This document shows positions 1 to 11,645 of a stretch of 64,000 nucleotides of DNA, piece by piece. The stretch is from Malacoraja senta (Eukaryota), in the NCBI GenBank assembly GCA_038087875.1, contig CM075991.1:5084001-5148000 (forward strand), written 5' to 3'. A program made the translations under genes and the position numbers. The first letter of the stretch is position 1. Each line of letters begins with the position of its first letter. The notes beneath the pieces were generated by a model. It made no database searches and was not told the origin of the DNA. It worked only from the letters and a program-made list of their open reading frames with translations.

Positions 1-2
1 TC

Positions 3-509
3 AAGATAAATATTTGGATATCTGCTATTTACCGACCAGGTAAACTCAATTCAGTGGCAGACACCAGGTCACGAAAATTTAATGACAACACCGAATGGAT
101 GTTGGACCCCAAAGTGTTTGCAGACATCATAGCACGATATGGAACACCAGATATCGATCTATTTGCATCTAGGCTTAACCACCAGTTGCCGACATATGTT
201 GCGTGGGAACCAGACCCTGGGGCAGCAGCGATGGACGCATTTTCGCTGCACTGGGGAAATTTGTTTTTCTATGCATTTCCCCCCTTCTGCCTCATCAGTC
301 GGGTCTTACGCAGAATACAACAAGACTCTGCGTCAGGTATTTTGGTAGTACCGGACTGGCCTACCCAGCCATGGTTCCCTGTGGTTCTCGACATGGTTTC
401 ACAACCATGTATGGCCGTCGCCAAATGACCAGACTTGATGGTCCATCCTGTAACTGTCGAAAGTCATCCATGCCATGACAGGACTAATCTGTTAATTTGC
501 AGAATTTGA
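3..509 (+). pseudogene. DIRS pol C-terminus: RNase H end plus DNA N6-adenine methyltransferase-like domain
   Basis: Frame from 3 reads ISAIYRPGKLNSVADTRSR (RNase H end), then IDLFASRLN, DAFSLHW, YAFPPF, LVVPDWPTQPWF, which are typical DIRS MT motifs. Premature TGA at 426-428; the frame continues to the likely natural stop at 507-509. Confidence 0.88.
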
Positions 510-881
510 ACAGGTCACTTCTGGGTCTTGGACTGACGGACCGAATCATCAACATGATCACGGCGGCGCAAAGAGAGTCTACCAGGAAACAGTACCTGAC
601 TTACATCAGGAAATGGGAACTATATTGTTCCAGAACTAATATTGAGTATAACTCAGCCACCGTAACAAATGTCCTGGAGTTCCTCGCTAACCTTCATTTC
701 GATGAAGGGCTTAGCTACAGTGCCATCAACAGCGCTAGGAGTGCCCTATCGACCTATTTGTGGCGGGAATTCGACCACCATTCTTCTGGGATCTCACCCC
801 TTGGTTTCCAAATTAATGAGGGGTATATTCAACTCGAATCCCCCTAGGGCAAGATACTCTCACATTTGGGATGTGAGTATT
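497..881 (+). pseudogene. DIRS tyrosine recombinase, N-terminal (core-binding) part
   Basis: RESTRKQYLTYIRKW, VLEFLANL, GLSYSAINSARSALS, then after a frameshift GSHPLVSKLMRGIFNSNPPRARYSHIWDVS; cut by CR1 at 881. Confidence 0.88.
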
Positions 882-2722
882 AGAAACATAGAAACATAGA
901 AAATAGGTGCAGGAGTCGGCCATTCGGCCCTTCGAGCCTGCACCGCCATTCGATATGATCATGGCTGATCATCCAACTCAGTATCCCATCCCTGCCTTCT
1001 CTCCATACCGCCTGATCCCTTTAGCCACAAGGGCCACATCTAACTCCCACTTAAATAGAGCCAATGAACTGGCCTCAACTACCTTCTGTGGCTGAGAATT
1101 CCACAGATTCACCACTCTCTGTGTAAAAAATGATTTTCTCATCTCGGTCCTAAAAGACTTTCCTCTTATCCTTAAACTGTGACCCCTAGTTCTGGACTTC
1201 CCCAACATCGGGAATAATCTTCCTGAATCTAGCCTGTCCAACCCCTTAAGAATTTTGTAAGTTTCTATAAGATCCCCCCTCAATCTTCTAAATTCTAGCG
1301 TGTACAAGCCGGGTCTATCCAGTCTTTCTTCATATGAAAGTCCTGCCATCCCAGGAATCAGTCTGGTGAACCTTCTCTGTACTCCCTCTATGGCAAGAAT
1401 GTCTTTCCTCAGATTAGGAAACCAAAACTGTACGCAATACTCCAGGTGTGGTCTCACCAAGACCCTGTACAACTGCAGTAGAAACTCCCTGCTCTTATAC
1501 TCAAATCCTTTTGCTATGAATGCTAACATACCATTTGCTTTCTTCACTGCCTGCTGCACCTGCATGCCTACTTTCAATGATTGGTGTACCATGACACCCA
1601 GGTCTCGTTGCATCTCCCCTTTTCCTAATCGGCCACCATTCAGATAATAGTCTACTTTCCTGTTTTTGCCACCAAAGTGGATAACCTCACATTTATCCAC
1701 ATTATACTGCATCTGCCATGCATTTGCCCACTCACCCAACCTATCCAAGTTACCTTGCAGCCTCCTAGCATCCTCCTCACAGATAACACTGCCCCCCAGC
1801 TTCGTGTCATCTTCAAACTTGGAGATGTTGCATTCAATTCCCTCATCCAGCTCATTAATATATATTGTAAATAGCTGGGGTCCCAGCACTGAGCCTTGCG
1901 GTACCCCACTAGTCACTGCCTGCCATTCTGAAAAGGACCCGTTTACTCCTACCCTTTGCTTCCTGTCTGCCAGCCAGTTCTCTATCCACATCACTACTGA
2001 ACCCCCAATACCGTGTGCTTTAAGTTTGCATACTAATCTCTTATGTGGGACCTTGTCGAAAGCCTTCTGAAAGTCCAGATATAACACATCCACTGGTTCT
2101 CCCTTATCCACTCTACTAGTTACATCCTTGAAAAATTCTATAAGATTCGTCAGACATGATTTACCTTTCATAAATCCATGCTGACTTTGTCCAATGAATT
2201 CACCACTTTCCAAATGTGCTGCTATCCCATCTTTAATAACTGACTCCAGAATTTCCCCCACCACTGATGTTAGACTAACTGGTCTGTAATTCCCCGTTTT
2301 CTCTCTCCCTCCCTTTTTAAAAAGTGGGGTTACATTAGCTACCCTCCAGTCCTCAGGAACTACTCCAGAATCTAAAGAGTTTTGAAAAACTATCACTAAT
2401 GCATCCACTATTTCTGCGGCTACTTCCTTAAGTACTCTGGGATGCAACTTATCTGGCCCTGGGGATTTATCGGCCTTTAATCCATTCAATTTACCTAACA
2501 CCACTTCCCGGCTAACCTGGATTTCACTCAGTTCCTCCATCTTATTTAACCCCCGGTCCCTTGCTATTTCCGGCAGATTATTTATGTCTTCCTTAGTGAA
2601 GACAGAACCAAAGTAGTTATTCAATTGGTCTGCCATGTCCTTGTTCCCCATGATCAATTTGCCTGTTTCTGACTGCAAGGGACCTACATTTGTTTTAACT
2701 AATCTTTTCCTCTTCACATATC
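882..2722 (-). mobile_element. CR1-clade LINE, 5'-truncated (~1.84 kb)
   Basis: (CATAGAAA)n tail at 882-902, RT ORF, and TATT duplicated at 878-881 and 2724-2727. Confidence 0.95.
978..2717 (-). CDS. CR1 ORF2 reverse-transcriptase region, open 579-aa frame but 5'-truncated (no endonuclease, no true start)
   Basis: [41 protein letters not shown]; the catalytic motif reads FEDD instead of FADD. Confidence 0.85.
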   Translation of the reverse strand: MKRKRLVKTNVGPLQSETGKLIMGNKDMADQLNNYFGSVFTKEDINNLPEIARDRGLNKMEELSEIQVSREVVLGKLNGLKADKSPGPDKLHPRVLKEVAAEIVDALVIVFQNSLDSGVVPEDWRVANVTPLFKKGGREKTGNYRPVSLTSVVGEILESVIKDGIAAHLESGEFIGQSQHGFMKGKSCLTNLIEFFKDVTSRVDKGEPVDVLYLDFQKAFDKVPHKRLVCKLKAHGIGGSVVMWIENWLADRKQRVGVNGSFSEWQAVTSGVPQGSVLGPQLFTIYINELDEGIECNISKFEDDTKLGGSVICEEDARRLQGNLDRLGEWANAWQMQYNVDKCEVIHFGGKNRKVDYYLNGGRLGKGEMQRDLGVMVHQSLKVGMQVQQAVKKANGMLAFIAKGFEYKSREFLLQLYRVLVRPHLEYCVQFWFPNLRKDILAIEGVQRRFTRLIPGMAGLSYEERLDRPGLYTLEFRRLRGDLIETYKILKGLDRLDSGRLFPMLGKSRTRGHSLRIRGKSFRTEMRKSFFTQRVVNLWNSQPQKVVEASSLALFKWELDVALVAKGIRRYGEKAGMGY

Positions 2723-2723
2723 A

Positions 2724-3331
2724 TATTGTTTTGACGTTGCTTCGGGGTTGGTCACCAGCAACGTCCCCCCTGTCCCTGGAGTAACTTACCCTTAAATTGG
2801 TAATGCTGATGGCACTGGTCTCGGCCCAGCGGGTGCAATCTTTACACAAATTACGACTGGACTCGATGGCCAAAGGGACAAATGGTATAACATTTTATAT
2901 TCATGAATTGGTAAATCAAAACAGGCCTGGGTCATTCGGCCTTAAACTAGACTTTCGGGCATACCCTACAGATGTTCGCCTATGCGTCATGACACATCTG
3001 TTACTTTACATTGAGCTAACAGCTAAAGTAAGAGGACAAGAATTGGCACTATTAGTGAGCCACAAAAGACCTCACAATAGGGTATCGGTCCAAACTATAT
3101 CTAGATGGCTTCGACAGGTTTTGTTGGCTGCAGGGGTGGATACTGATATTTTTTAATCTCATTCCACTAGGGCTGCAGCCTTATCGGCAGCACGGCACAT
3201 GGAGGTTCCAATGGATCACATCTTGGGTACGGCAGGATGGTCCAGGGAGAAGACCTTTGCAAGAATTTTATAGTAAGCCAGTTGCCAAGCCTGTGACTTT
3301 TGCAGACATTATTTTGAGTTCTGTTTTATAA
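2724..3331 (+). pseudogene. DIRS tyrosine recombinase, catalytic part
   Basis: LKLVMLMALVSAQR (catalytic R), TISRWLR, HSTR at 3160-3171, AGW, then TFAR/FYSKP with a +1 frameshift; in-frame stops near 2782 and at 3154. Confidence 0.88.
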
Positions 3332-3504
3332 TACACCCCGAAGGACAGGGGTCATTATTATAATTTGTGTTAATAAATCACTCATTGTTTCTTTTTAACA
3401 ATTGATTAATGTCTGCATTTGTTAACATACTTCCTCCTCAGTCTATGACAGCAGGGTGTGAAGCATGGACTCGTTCCCTGGCATGAAATCACAGAGCTTT
3501 AAAA

Positions 3505-3616
3505 TCTTCACGTAGTCACTCACGTGACTCCGAAGTAAAATAGTAAGATTAAACGAGAACTTACCAGTTTGAAGTTTGATCTTTATTTTATGAGGAGTTA
3601 CGTTGAGGGATTACGT
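3505..3616 (+). repeat. DIRS internal complementary region (ICR)
   Basis: 3539-3616 is the reverse complement of the reassembled right terminus (3756-3774 joined to 5626-5688). Confidence 0.85.
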
Positions 3617-3774
3617 GCCCTCCGCGCCCACCCTCTATTATAAAGGTCAGCTGGTATTATTGTTCTTATCTTACTATGTTAATTCGACTACCGTATCTGT
3701 GATTTCACACCACTGCTTTGAAGATATGTCGTGCATTCGCCCTGGCGGGTTCTTGACGTAATCCCTCAACGTAA

Positions 3775-5626
3775 GCTTTTATAGATATGTGAAGAGAAAA
3801 AGATTAGTTAAAACAAATGTAGGTCCCTTGCAGTCAGAAACGGGTGAATTGATCATGGGGAACAAGGACATGGCCGACCAATTGAATAACTACTTTGGTT
3901 CTTTCTTCACTAAGGAAGACATAAATAATCTGCCGGAAATAGCAGGGGACCGGGGGTCAAATGAGATGGAGGAACTGAGTGAAATCCAGGTTAGCCGGGA
4001 AGTGGTGTTAGGTAAATTGAATGGATTAAAGGCCGATAAATCCCCAGGGCCAGATAGGCTGCATCCCAGAGTACTTAAGGAAGTAGCCCCAGAAATAGTG
4101 GATGCATTAGTGATAATTTTTCAAAACTCTTTAGATTCTGGAGTAGTTCCTGAGGATTGGAGGGTAGCTAATGTAACACCACTTTTTAAAAAGGGAGGGA
4201 GAGAAAAATGGGGAATTACAGACCAGTTAGTCTAACGTCGGTAGTGGGGAAACTGCTAGAATCAGTTATTAAAGATGGGATAGCAGCACATTTGGAAAGT
4301 GGTGAAATCATTGTACAAAGTCAGCATGAATTTATGAAAGGTAAATCATGTCTGACGAATCTTATAGAATTTTTCGAGAATGTAACTAGTAGAGTGGATA
4401 AGGGAGAACCAGTGGATGTGTTATATCTGGACTTTCAGAAGGCTTTCGACAAGGTCCCACATAAGAGATTAGTATACAAACTTAAAGCACACGGTATTGG
4501 GGGTTCAGTATTGATGTGGATAGAGAACTGGCTGGCAGACAGGAAGCAAAGAGTAGGAGTAAACAGGTCCTTTTCACAATGGCAGGCAGTGACTAGTGGG
4601 GTACCACAAGGCTCAGTGCTGGGACCCCAGCTATTTACGATATATATTAATGATTTGGACGAGGGAATTGAATGCAACATCTCCAAGTTTGCGGATGACA
4701 CGAAGCTGGGGGGCAGTGTTAGCTGTGAGGAGGATGCTCGGAGGCTGCAAGGTGACTTGGATAGGCTGGCTGAGTGGGCAAATGCATGGCAGATGCAGTA
4801 TAATGTGGATAAATGTGAGATTATCCACTTTGGTGGCAAAAACAGGAAAGTAGACTATTATCTGAATGGTGGCCGATTCGGAAAAGGGGAGATGCAACGA
4901 GACCTGGGTGTCATGGTACACCAGTCATTAAAAGTAGGCATGCAGGTGCAGCAGGCAGTGAAGAAAGTGAATGGTATGTTAGCATTCATAACAAAAGGAT
5001 TTGAGTTTAGGAGGAGGGAGGTTCTACTGCAGTTGTACAGGGTCTTGGTGAGACCACACCTGGAGTATTGCATACAGTTTTGGTCTCCTAATCTGAGGAA
5101 AGACATTCTTGCCATAGAGGGAGTACAGAGAAGGTTCACCAGACTGATTCCTGGAATGTCAGGACTTTCATATGAAGAAAGACTGGATAGACTCGGTTTG
5201 TACTCGCTAGAATTTAGAAGATTGAGGAGGGATCTTATAGAAATGTACAAAATTCTTAAGGGGTTGGACAGGCTAGATGCAGGAAGATTGTTCCCGATAT
5301 TGGGGAAGTCCAGAACAAGGGGTCACAATTTAAGGATAAGGGAGAAATCTTTTAGGACCGAGATGAGGAAAACATTTTTCACACAGAGAGTGGTGAATCT
5401 CTGGAATTCTCTGCCACAGAAGGTAGTTGAGGCCAGTTCATTGGCTATATTTAAGAGGGAGTTAGATGTGGCCCTTGTGGCTAAAGGGATCAGGGGGTAT
5501 GGAGAGAAAGCAGGTACAGGATACCGAGTTGGATGATCAGCCATGATCATATTGAATGGTGGTGCAGGCTCGAAGGGCCGAATGGCCTAATCCTGCCCCT
5601 ATTTTCTATGGTTCTATGTTTCTATG
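3775..5626 (+). mobile_element. CR1-clade LINE, 5'-truncated (~1.85 kb), one frameshift near 4207
   Basis: ORFs 3789-4235 and 4208-5536 carry the RT motifs incl. FADD; (TTTCTATG)n tail; GTAA duplicated at 3771-3774 and 5626-5629. Confidence 0.95.
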
Positions 5627-5688
5627 TAACTCCTCATAAAATAAAGATCAAACTTCAAACTGGTAAGTTCTCGTTTAATCTTACTATT
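5626..5688 (+). repeat. DIRS right terminus (distal part)
   Basis: GTAACTCCTCATAAAATAAAG...CTTACTATT, complementary to the ICR and ending in ATT. Confidence 0.85.
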
Positions 5689-6295
5689 CTGTCTCGTTAT
5701 GGCTGAACTGTGACCTAACTCTGTCCTCTATCGGGACAAGAGTGTCAAGCATCAAGGGTGTGTAATTGTCATCTGTATCGGGTCAGGAACAATGAGATTC
5801 TCATTTGCTGCAGCTTTACAGACACATTATATGCAGTTATTCGTTATTCTCGTTAAACCAGACCATGATAGTGCAAGCCAAAGAACATAGTGCAACATTA
5901 ATAAAACAAGATCCATAGTATTTCAGTGCTAAGTTAGCATTGTGGTTAGGGTTGTGCAGGGTGGTTCGACAGTCCAAATAATTTAAAAACTTTGCCAATC
6001 AAAAATCTGTCAATTTCAGATTTAAGCATAACAACTGTCAAGACTTCTATTGAAACTTCCGAATTTTCACCACCTTCTGGGTGTAGAAGAGTTTTCTAGC
6101 TTTACTCCAAAAACCCTTGGCTCTATTTTACAGGCCGTGTCCCTAGAAAGTGTAACCAGCTCTCGATTCAATCAACCCGCCTTGATATCTTCAAATTTTG
6201 AAGCGTCTCATCACTTAAGCTTCTAAATTCCAAACTAGGCACTATGGCATTTCCTTTAGGTGGTATTAGACCATATTCAGAGGAGCAATCCAGAG

Positions 6296-6815
6296 GAGAC
6301 TGCGAATGTTTCGCTGAACGCCTTCGCTCAATCCGTCTGGACCTACCTGATCTCCCAGTTGCTAAACACTTTAATTACCCTTCCTATTCGCACACTGACC
6401 TTTCTGTCCTAGCCTCCATTGTCAGAGTGAGGTTAAACACAAATTGGAGGATCAGCATCTCATATTTCTCTTGGGCAGTAGCATGATATTGATTTCTCTA
6501 ACTTCAAGTAACCCCTGCATTCCCTCCCACTCCATTCCTCCCCCACCTAAGTCACACCAGCTTTTCATTCTCACCTAGCAATAATGGCCTGTTTCCTTTA
6601 TCATTTTTTCCTGTTTGCCTATCTCTCGTTTGTACTATATCTCTCTACAACATCGTCTATATCACTTGTTTCCCTTGTCTGTTGACTTTCAGTCTGAAGA
6701 AGGGTCTCGACCCGAAACGTCACCCATTCCTTCTCTCCAGAGATGTTGCCTGTCCCGCTGAGTTACTCCAGCATTTTGTGTCTATCTTCGGTTTAAAGCA
6801 GCATCTGCAGTTCCG
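6296..6815 (+). mobile_element. Penelope-like element 3' remnant: GIY-YIG endonuclease C-terminus, 3' UTR and hammerhead-bearing terminal repeat
   Basis: FAERLRSIRLDLPDLPVAKHFN..SHTDLSV is typical of the PLE endonuclease end; it runs into CTGAAGAAGGGTCTCGACCCGAAACGTC and the short unit dispersed across the window. Confidence 0.8.
6691..6724 (+). ncRNA. Minimal type I hammerhead ribozyme motif (PLE type)
   Basis: CUGAAGA core, extra A, stem II GGGUC/GACCC, GAAA, palindromic ACGU stem III, GUC cleavage triplet. Stem I is short. Confidence 0.7.
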
Positions 6816-7025
6816 TCCATCACTAATATTCTTACCATTTTGCACTTCAATGGTTCAAGGGATTCTTTATTACCATGCGTATCAAGGTAAAGTGAGATTC
6901 GCTTCTCCGCAATCAGATCAGTGAGATTATCCTTTCTACTCTATTCTATCAACCCTCCTTTATATCTCTAAAATTTGAAGCATGTAAATTCCAGCCCAGG
7001 CACCAGCATCTCTCATCTCATGGTA

Positions 7026-7259
7026 GGTAGACAAAAGTGCAGGAGAAACTCAGCGGGTGCAGCAGCATCTATGGAGCGAAGGAAATAGGCAACGTTTCAG
7101 GCCGAAACCCTTCTTCTTCAGAAGAAGAAGGTCTGAAGAAGGGTTTTGGCCTGAAACGTTGCCTATTTCCTTCGCTCCATAGATACTGCTGCACCCGCTG
7201 AGTTTCTCCAGCACTTTTGTCTACCTTCGATTTTCCAGCATCTGCAGTTCCTTCTTAAA
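7026..7259. mobile_element. Penelope-derived short unit, inverted dimer
   Basis: Palindromic arms centred near 7125; 16-bp TSD CTCTCATCTCATGGTA at 7010-7025 and 7260-7275. Confidence 0.85.
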
Positions 7260-8094
7260 CTCTCATCTCATGGTATTTCCTTTAGCTTGTTAAACCATAT
7301 TCAGAAGAGCAATTCAAATATATATGCTACCAAAGGTCAGAATCTTTTCTGCCAAACATACAAAACAATTAGCATTATCACTAAGACCGGAGGTTCCTCA
7401 TATGATGTTTTATCGACTCAGAGCAAGTCAATGAAGACAAGAAACTCTAAGCGCCCAGATGCTGCATGTTAGCTACTATTAGCGGGTTCAAGTTCACAAA
7501 CTCTGTGACCACTAATTCAAGAGTAATTTAGCACAACAATCTTACTTATTCTTTGGGTGAGCATTAATTGTAAGAAATCCAATCGCACCGAACAAATAAA
7601 AATGATTTTCATTTTACAATGAGGACCCTAATGATTTGCCACCCACATTTTTTTTGTAGGCCATCCAAGCTCCTTGACATTGCCTGAATGTCAAGTGATT
7701 GAACTTCCTATCATCTTGCCCCTGTCAAATGATATAAAGAAAACAATAACCCTACCATTTCTCATCAGTATGCCAAAATAGTTTATTTTGTATTTGTCCA
7801 CCACATTTCTTCCTGCCTGTTAGTTGACCGACTCTGTGTTTTAGTTTACATAATAATTTTCTGGAGTGTTACCACATGTGAGAATCTGGCACCAGATTTG
7901 CAGCAAATAATCCCAAATGCATTCTGCAAACAGCTTTGTATGATTTTAATCATCGGAGGCCAAGCTAAGATGAATGCTCCTTTTTTAATACATGGAGCCA
8001 CTATTAAATAATTAACTGTTACTACAATGTCTCTGGGCCATTTTTCTTATTTATGAAATCCTAATGAGCTCAGCTGTGCTATGTTCCTTACAGC

Positions 8095-8565
8095 CATAGC
8101 TCGGGTAGCTCTCTGAGTCAAAAGTTCTTAGGTTTGTGCACCATTACAGAGGATTAAGTACAAAAAGCTAGCCTGATACTCTCAGGCAGTGTTATGTGAT
8201 GCTACAGATTTGGATGTGTAGGAAGGAACTGCAGATGCTGGTTTAAACCAAGGATCGACACAAAATGCTGGAGTAACTGGTCAACGGGACAGGCAGCATC
8301 TTTTGGATAAAACTTTAACTGAGATCCAGTCTGCTCTCTCAGAGGCGGTTGTAGGATTTCACCATCTGCTTTTGAAGAACCAAGGAGTTAACACTGAAAG
8401 TTGTGCCAATCACCAAAACAACTTATCTCACTATCATCATGTGGCTATTTCTGGCAGCTTCCCACAAATTCATCATCATATTTCCCACGTTTCCACAGTA
8501 GTCACACCGCAAGTAGATATTTTATTTGATGTTAAGTACATCGGGATGTCTAGAGAAATGTGAAC
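8095..8565 (+). mobile_element. Old Deu-domain SINE (SacSINE1-like), interrupted by a PLE-unit fragment at ~8216-8302
   Basis: Degenerate match to the recalled Deu consensus blocks (GAAGAA..GGAGTT, GCCAAT, CACCAAAACA..TTATCT, TTTCCCAC..ACAGT). Confidence 0.5.
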
Positions 8566-8869
8566 CCTTCATGACACACGCATTGTTAAAGAAAGGTATA
8601 TATGTTTTTTTTAATAATTCATCCATACATTTCATTAATAGTGAAGTAATTTACATAGTTTATATATAAATTACCAAGCTACTAATGAGATGTATGGATG
8701 CATGATTTAAACAAAATGTTTTCCTTTCTTTAATAAATAATTGCTTGCTCCTCATTTAACCTTTTCAAATGTTGGCTGTGGATCAGTGGTTAGTGTGTGT
8801 GCCTCAGAATCAAATGGTTTAGACCAAACATCAGACTACAGCAGATAACGTAGGCTGATCCTTTACCTT

Positions 8870-9152
8870 ATTTTAGAGATATAGCTCAGAAACAGGCCCT
8901 TCGGCCCGTCGAGTTCACTCTGACCAGCAATCAACCCATAGACTAATACTATCCTGCAAACTGGGGACCATTTACTATTTTACCAAAGCCACTCAATCTA
9001 CAAACCTGTATGTCTTTGGAGTGTGGGAGGAAACTAGAGCACCCGGAGAAGGAGAACGTACAAACTCCATACAGTCAGCACCCGTATTCTGGATCGAACC
9101 TGGGTCTCTGGCGCTGTAAGGCAACAACACTACCGCTGGGCCACCATGCCAC
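8870..9152 (-). mobile_element. tRNA-derived V-SINE (HE1-like)
   Basis: On the minus strand: A/B-box head, V domain GGAGTTTGTACGTTCTCC..GGTGCTC..TTTCCTCCCACACTCCAAAGAC, CR1-like tail GGGCCGAAGGGCCTGTTTC. Confidence 0.85.
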
Positions 9153-10014
9153 CCCCAATTCGACGGGGCTGAAGTTGGGGTTGCACTGCCAGAAGTGTTA
9201 CCTTGATGCTTAGATGTAAAACTAAGGGCTACGTGACCCTGCAGATGAATGTAAATTAACCTGGAGCGCTTGTGGCAGAATGGTAACGTTCTTCCCACTG
9301 ATGTGTATTCTCAGAAGCAGTTTTGCATTTTCTGCTATCTTTAATGAAGTGCCACACAATGTATGCCAGATCTTAGAATGCAAACTAATTGTAAGCAGAA
9401 CAAAAAAACTTCAGGATTTCATAGTACTGAAGCCATTTCTTGAATTGTAGTCACTGGATCTGTTGAAATGTTCCATTATTACTGTGAGGAGGTCTTTACA
9501 ATGTCATATGTTGTGCATCACGTGGGTCCTTGAGGGCCTGGTAGCAAGCCCGTTTTTAAAAATGGATACATTTACCTGAGTAGCACATCATTCCATTATT
9601 AAAACGAGTAGAAATTGTGGCAATTAGTGGAGCATGAAGAAAAATCCAGTGTTCTATCACAATTTGAGACAGGTGACCCAAGTGGTAGCATTTAAAATAA
9701 TACATCCAGAGAAAACAGAGGCGGAAAGGAGTAGACAAAACTGTCAAATAATGAAAGCAAAGATTGATACATTGATACAGTGCTGTTGTCCGACTTTGAT
9801 TTACAATTACATTTGATACAGTGCATAGCCAGTCTTGTGTTTAAAGCTTACGGAGTATATTTGATGGATCACAACATAATAGAAGCAGAAAAGGCTCGTG
9901 AACCTTGAATCGCATGCAGAGAATATGAGCAATGTTTCATTTCAGAGATATAGATTTAACTCTGGAAGTGACAGTTCCATACATCACATATGATGGGTGT
10001 TTTTAGAATAGAAA

Positions 10015-11315
10015 CAAAAACAAACCTGAAAGCTTTGTGTCTTAATGCGAGGAGCATTCGTAATAAGGTGGATGAATTGAATGTGCAGTTAGTAGTTGAG
10101 GGATATTATATAGATGGAATTGTGGAGGCATGGCTCCAGGGTGACCAAGGCTGGGAGCTAAACATGCAGGGGTACTTGATATTCAGGAAGGATAGAAAGA
10201 AAGGAAGAGGAGGTGGGGTAGCATTGCTGGTTAAAGAGGAGATTAATGCAATAGCAAGGAGAATCGCTATGGTTAGGATTGCAAAATAGCCAAGGGCAGA
10301 AAACGCTTGTTGGAGTTGTATACAGACCACCAAACAGCAGTAGGGAGGTTGGGGATAGCATCAAGCAGGAAATTAGGGATGCGTGTAGCAAAGGTACAGC
10401 AGTTATCATGTGTGACATTCATCTACATATAGATTGGGCCAACCAAATTGATAACACCGCTGAGGAGGAGGATTTCCTGGAATGTATACGGAATGATTTA
10501 AACCAATATGCAGAGGAACCGACCAGAGGGCAGGCCATCCTAGACTGGGTATTGTGTAATGATGAAGGATTAGTTAGTGATCTCGTTGTGCAAAGCCCCT
10601 TGAGCAACGGTGACCATAATATGGCGGAATTCTGCATTAGGATGGAGAGTGACACAAATAATTCAGGGACTAGGATCCTGAATTTAAAGAAAGGAGACTT
10701 TGATGGTCTGAGACGGGAATTGACTATGATAGACTGGCAAATTATACTTAAGGAGTTGACGGTGGAGATGCAATAGCAAGGATTTAAAGACCGCATGGAT
10801 GAACTCCAAAAATTGTTCATCGCTGTCTGGCGAAAAAATTAAATGGGGAAGGCGGCTCTCAACCGTGGTGAATGAGGGAATTCAAGGATAGTATTAAATC
10901 CAAGGAAAAGTCATGTAAATTGGCCAGAGGAAGCAGAAAACTGGAGGACTGGTACTGGGCCTGATGGTCTGCATCCCAGAGCACTCAAGGAGGTGGCCCG
11001 TAGAAATCGTGGATGCATTGGTGATCATTTTCCAATGTTCTCTCGACTCTGGATCGGTTCCTGTGGACTGGAGGGTGGCCAATGTAACTCCACTTTTTAG
11101 AAAGGAGAGAAAGAGAAAACTGGGAATTATAGACCAGTTAGCCTTACATCGGTAGTGGGGAAGATGCTTGAGTCGATTATTAAAGATGCTATAACAAAGC
11201 AGTTGGAAAGCAGCGACAGGATTGGTCAAAGTCAGCATGGATTTATGAAGGGGAAATCATGGTTGACTCAACTTCTGGAATGTTTTGGGGATGTAACAAA
11301 TAGAATGGATACGGG
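10015..11315 (+). mobile_element. Degenerate CR1 ORF2 fragment (endonuclease plus start of RT) with internal deletions and no 3' end
   Basis: CLNARSIRNK, RGGGVAL, VYRPP, DHN, then WRVANVTPLF and QHGFMKGKS; many stops and frameshifts. Confidence 0.9.
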
Positions 11316-11645
11316 ACCAGGGTCCAAATATAAGTTTGATCTCATCTCAAATATGAAATATGAAAAAATGGAGAACTTGGATCAAAACTCCTGAAAATGA
11401 AAATGACGTTTCAGGTCAGGACCCTTCTTCAGTCTAATTGTACACTAAAGGTTTCAGAACCAGTATTAAACATGTGCAAGTACAACAAATATAATAAAAT
11501 ACAAATATATCACACAGAATATCAAATGTGGATCTCATCTGAAAAGCAGATCCTCTGACAGCACAGTGCTGAAGTGAAGCATCAGACTGGATTTGCATTC
11601 ATTCCCAAAATCTAAACATGCCCTAAGGCATAAGCATTGGTATAT

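Larger units (their letters stand above)
1..5688 (+). mobile_element. DIRS1-type tyrosine-recombinase retrotransposon, 3' portion (5' part lies upstream of the window), interrupted by two CR1 insertions
   Basis: Domain order RNase H end, methyltransferase-like domain, tyrosine recombinase, then an internal complementary region (3539-3616) matching the right terminus (3756-3774 + 5626-5688). The pieces rejoin seamlessly when both CR1 copies are removed. Confidence 0.92.

Noticed and set aside
1300..2070. Recurrent antisense ORFs (also 4435-5250, 12065-12835)
   Set aside because: Shadow frames of the CR1 RT, repeated only because the element is repeated.
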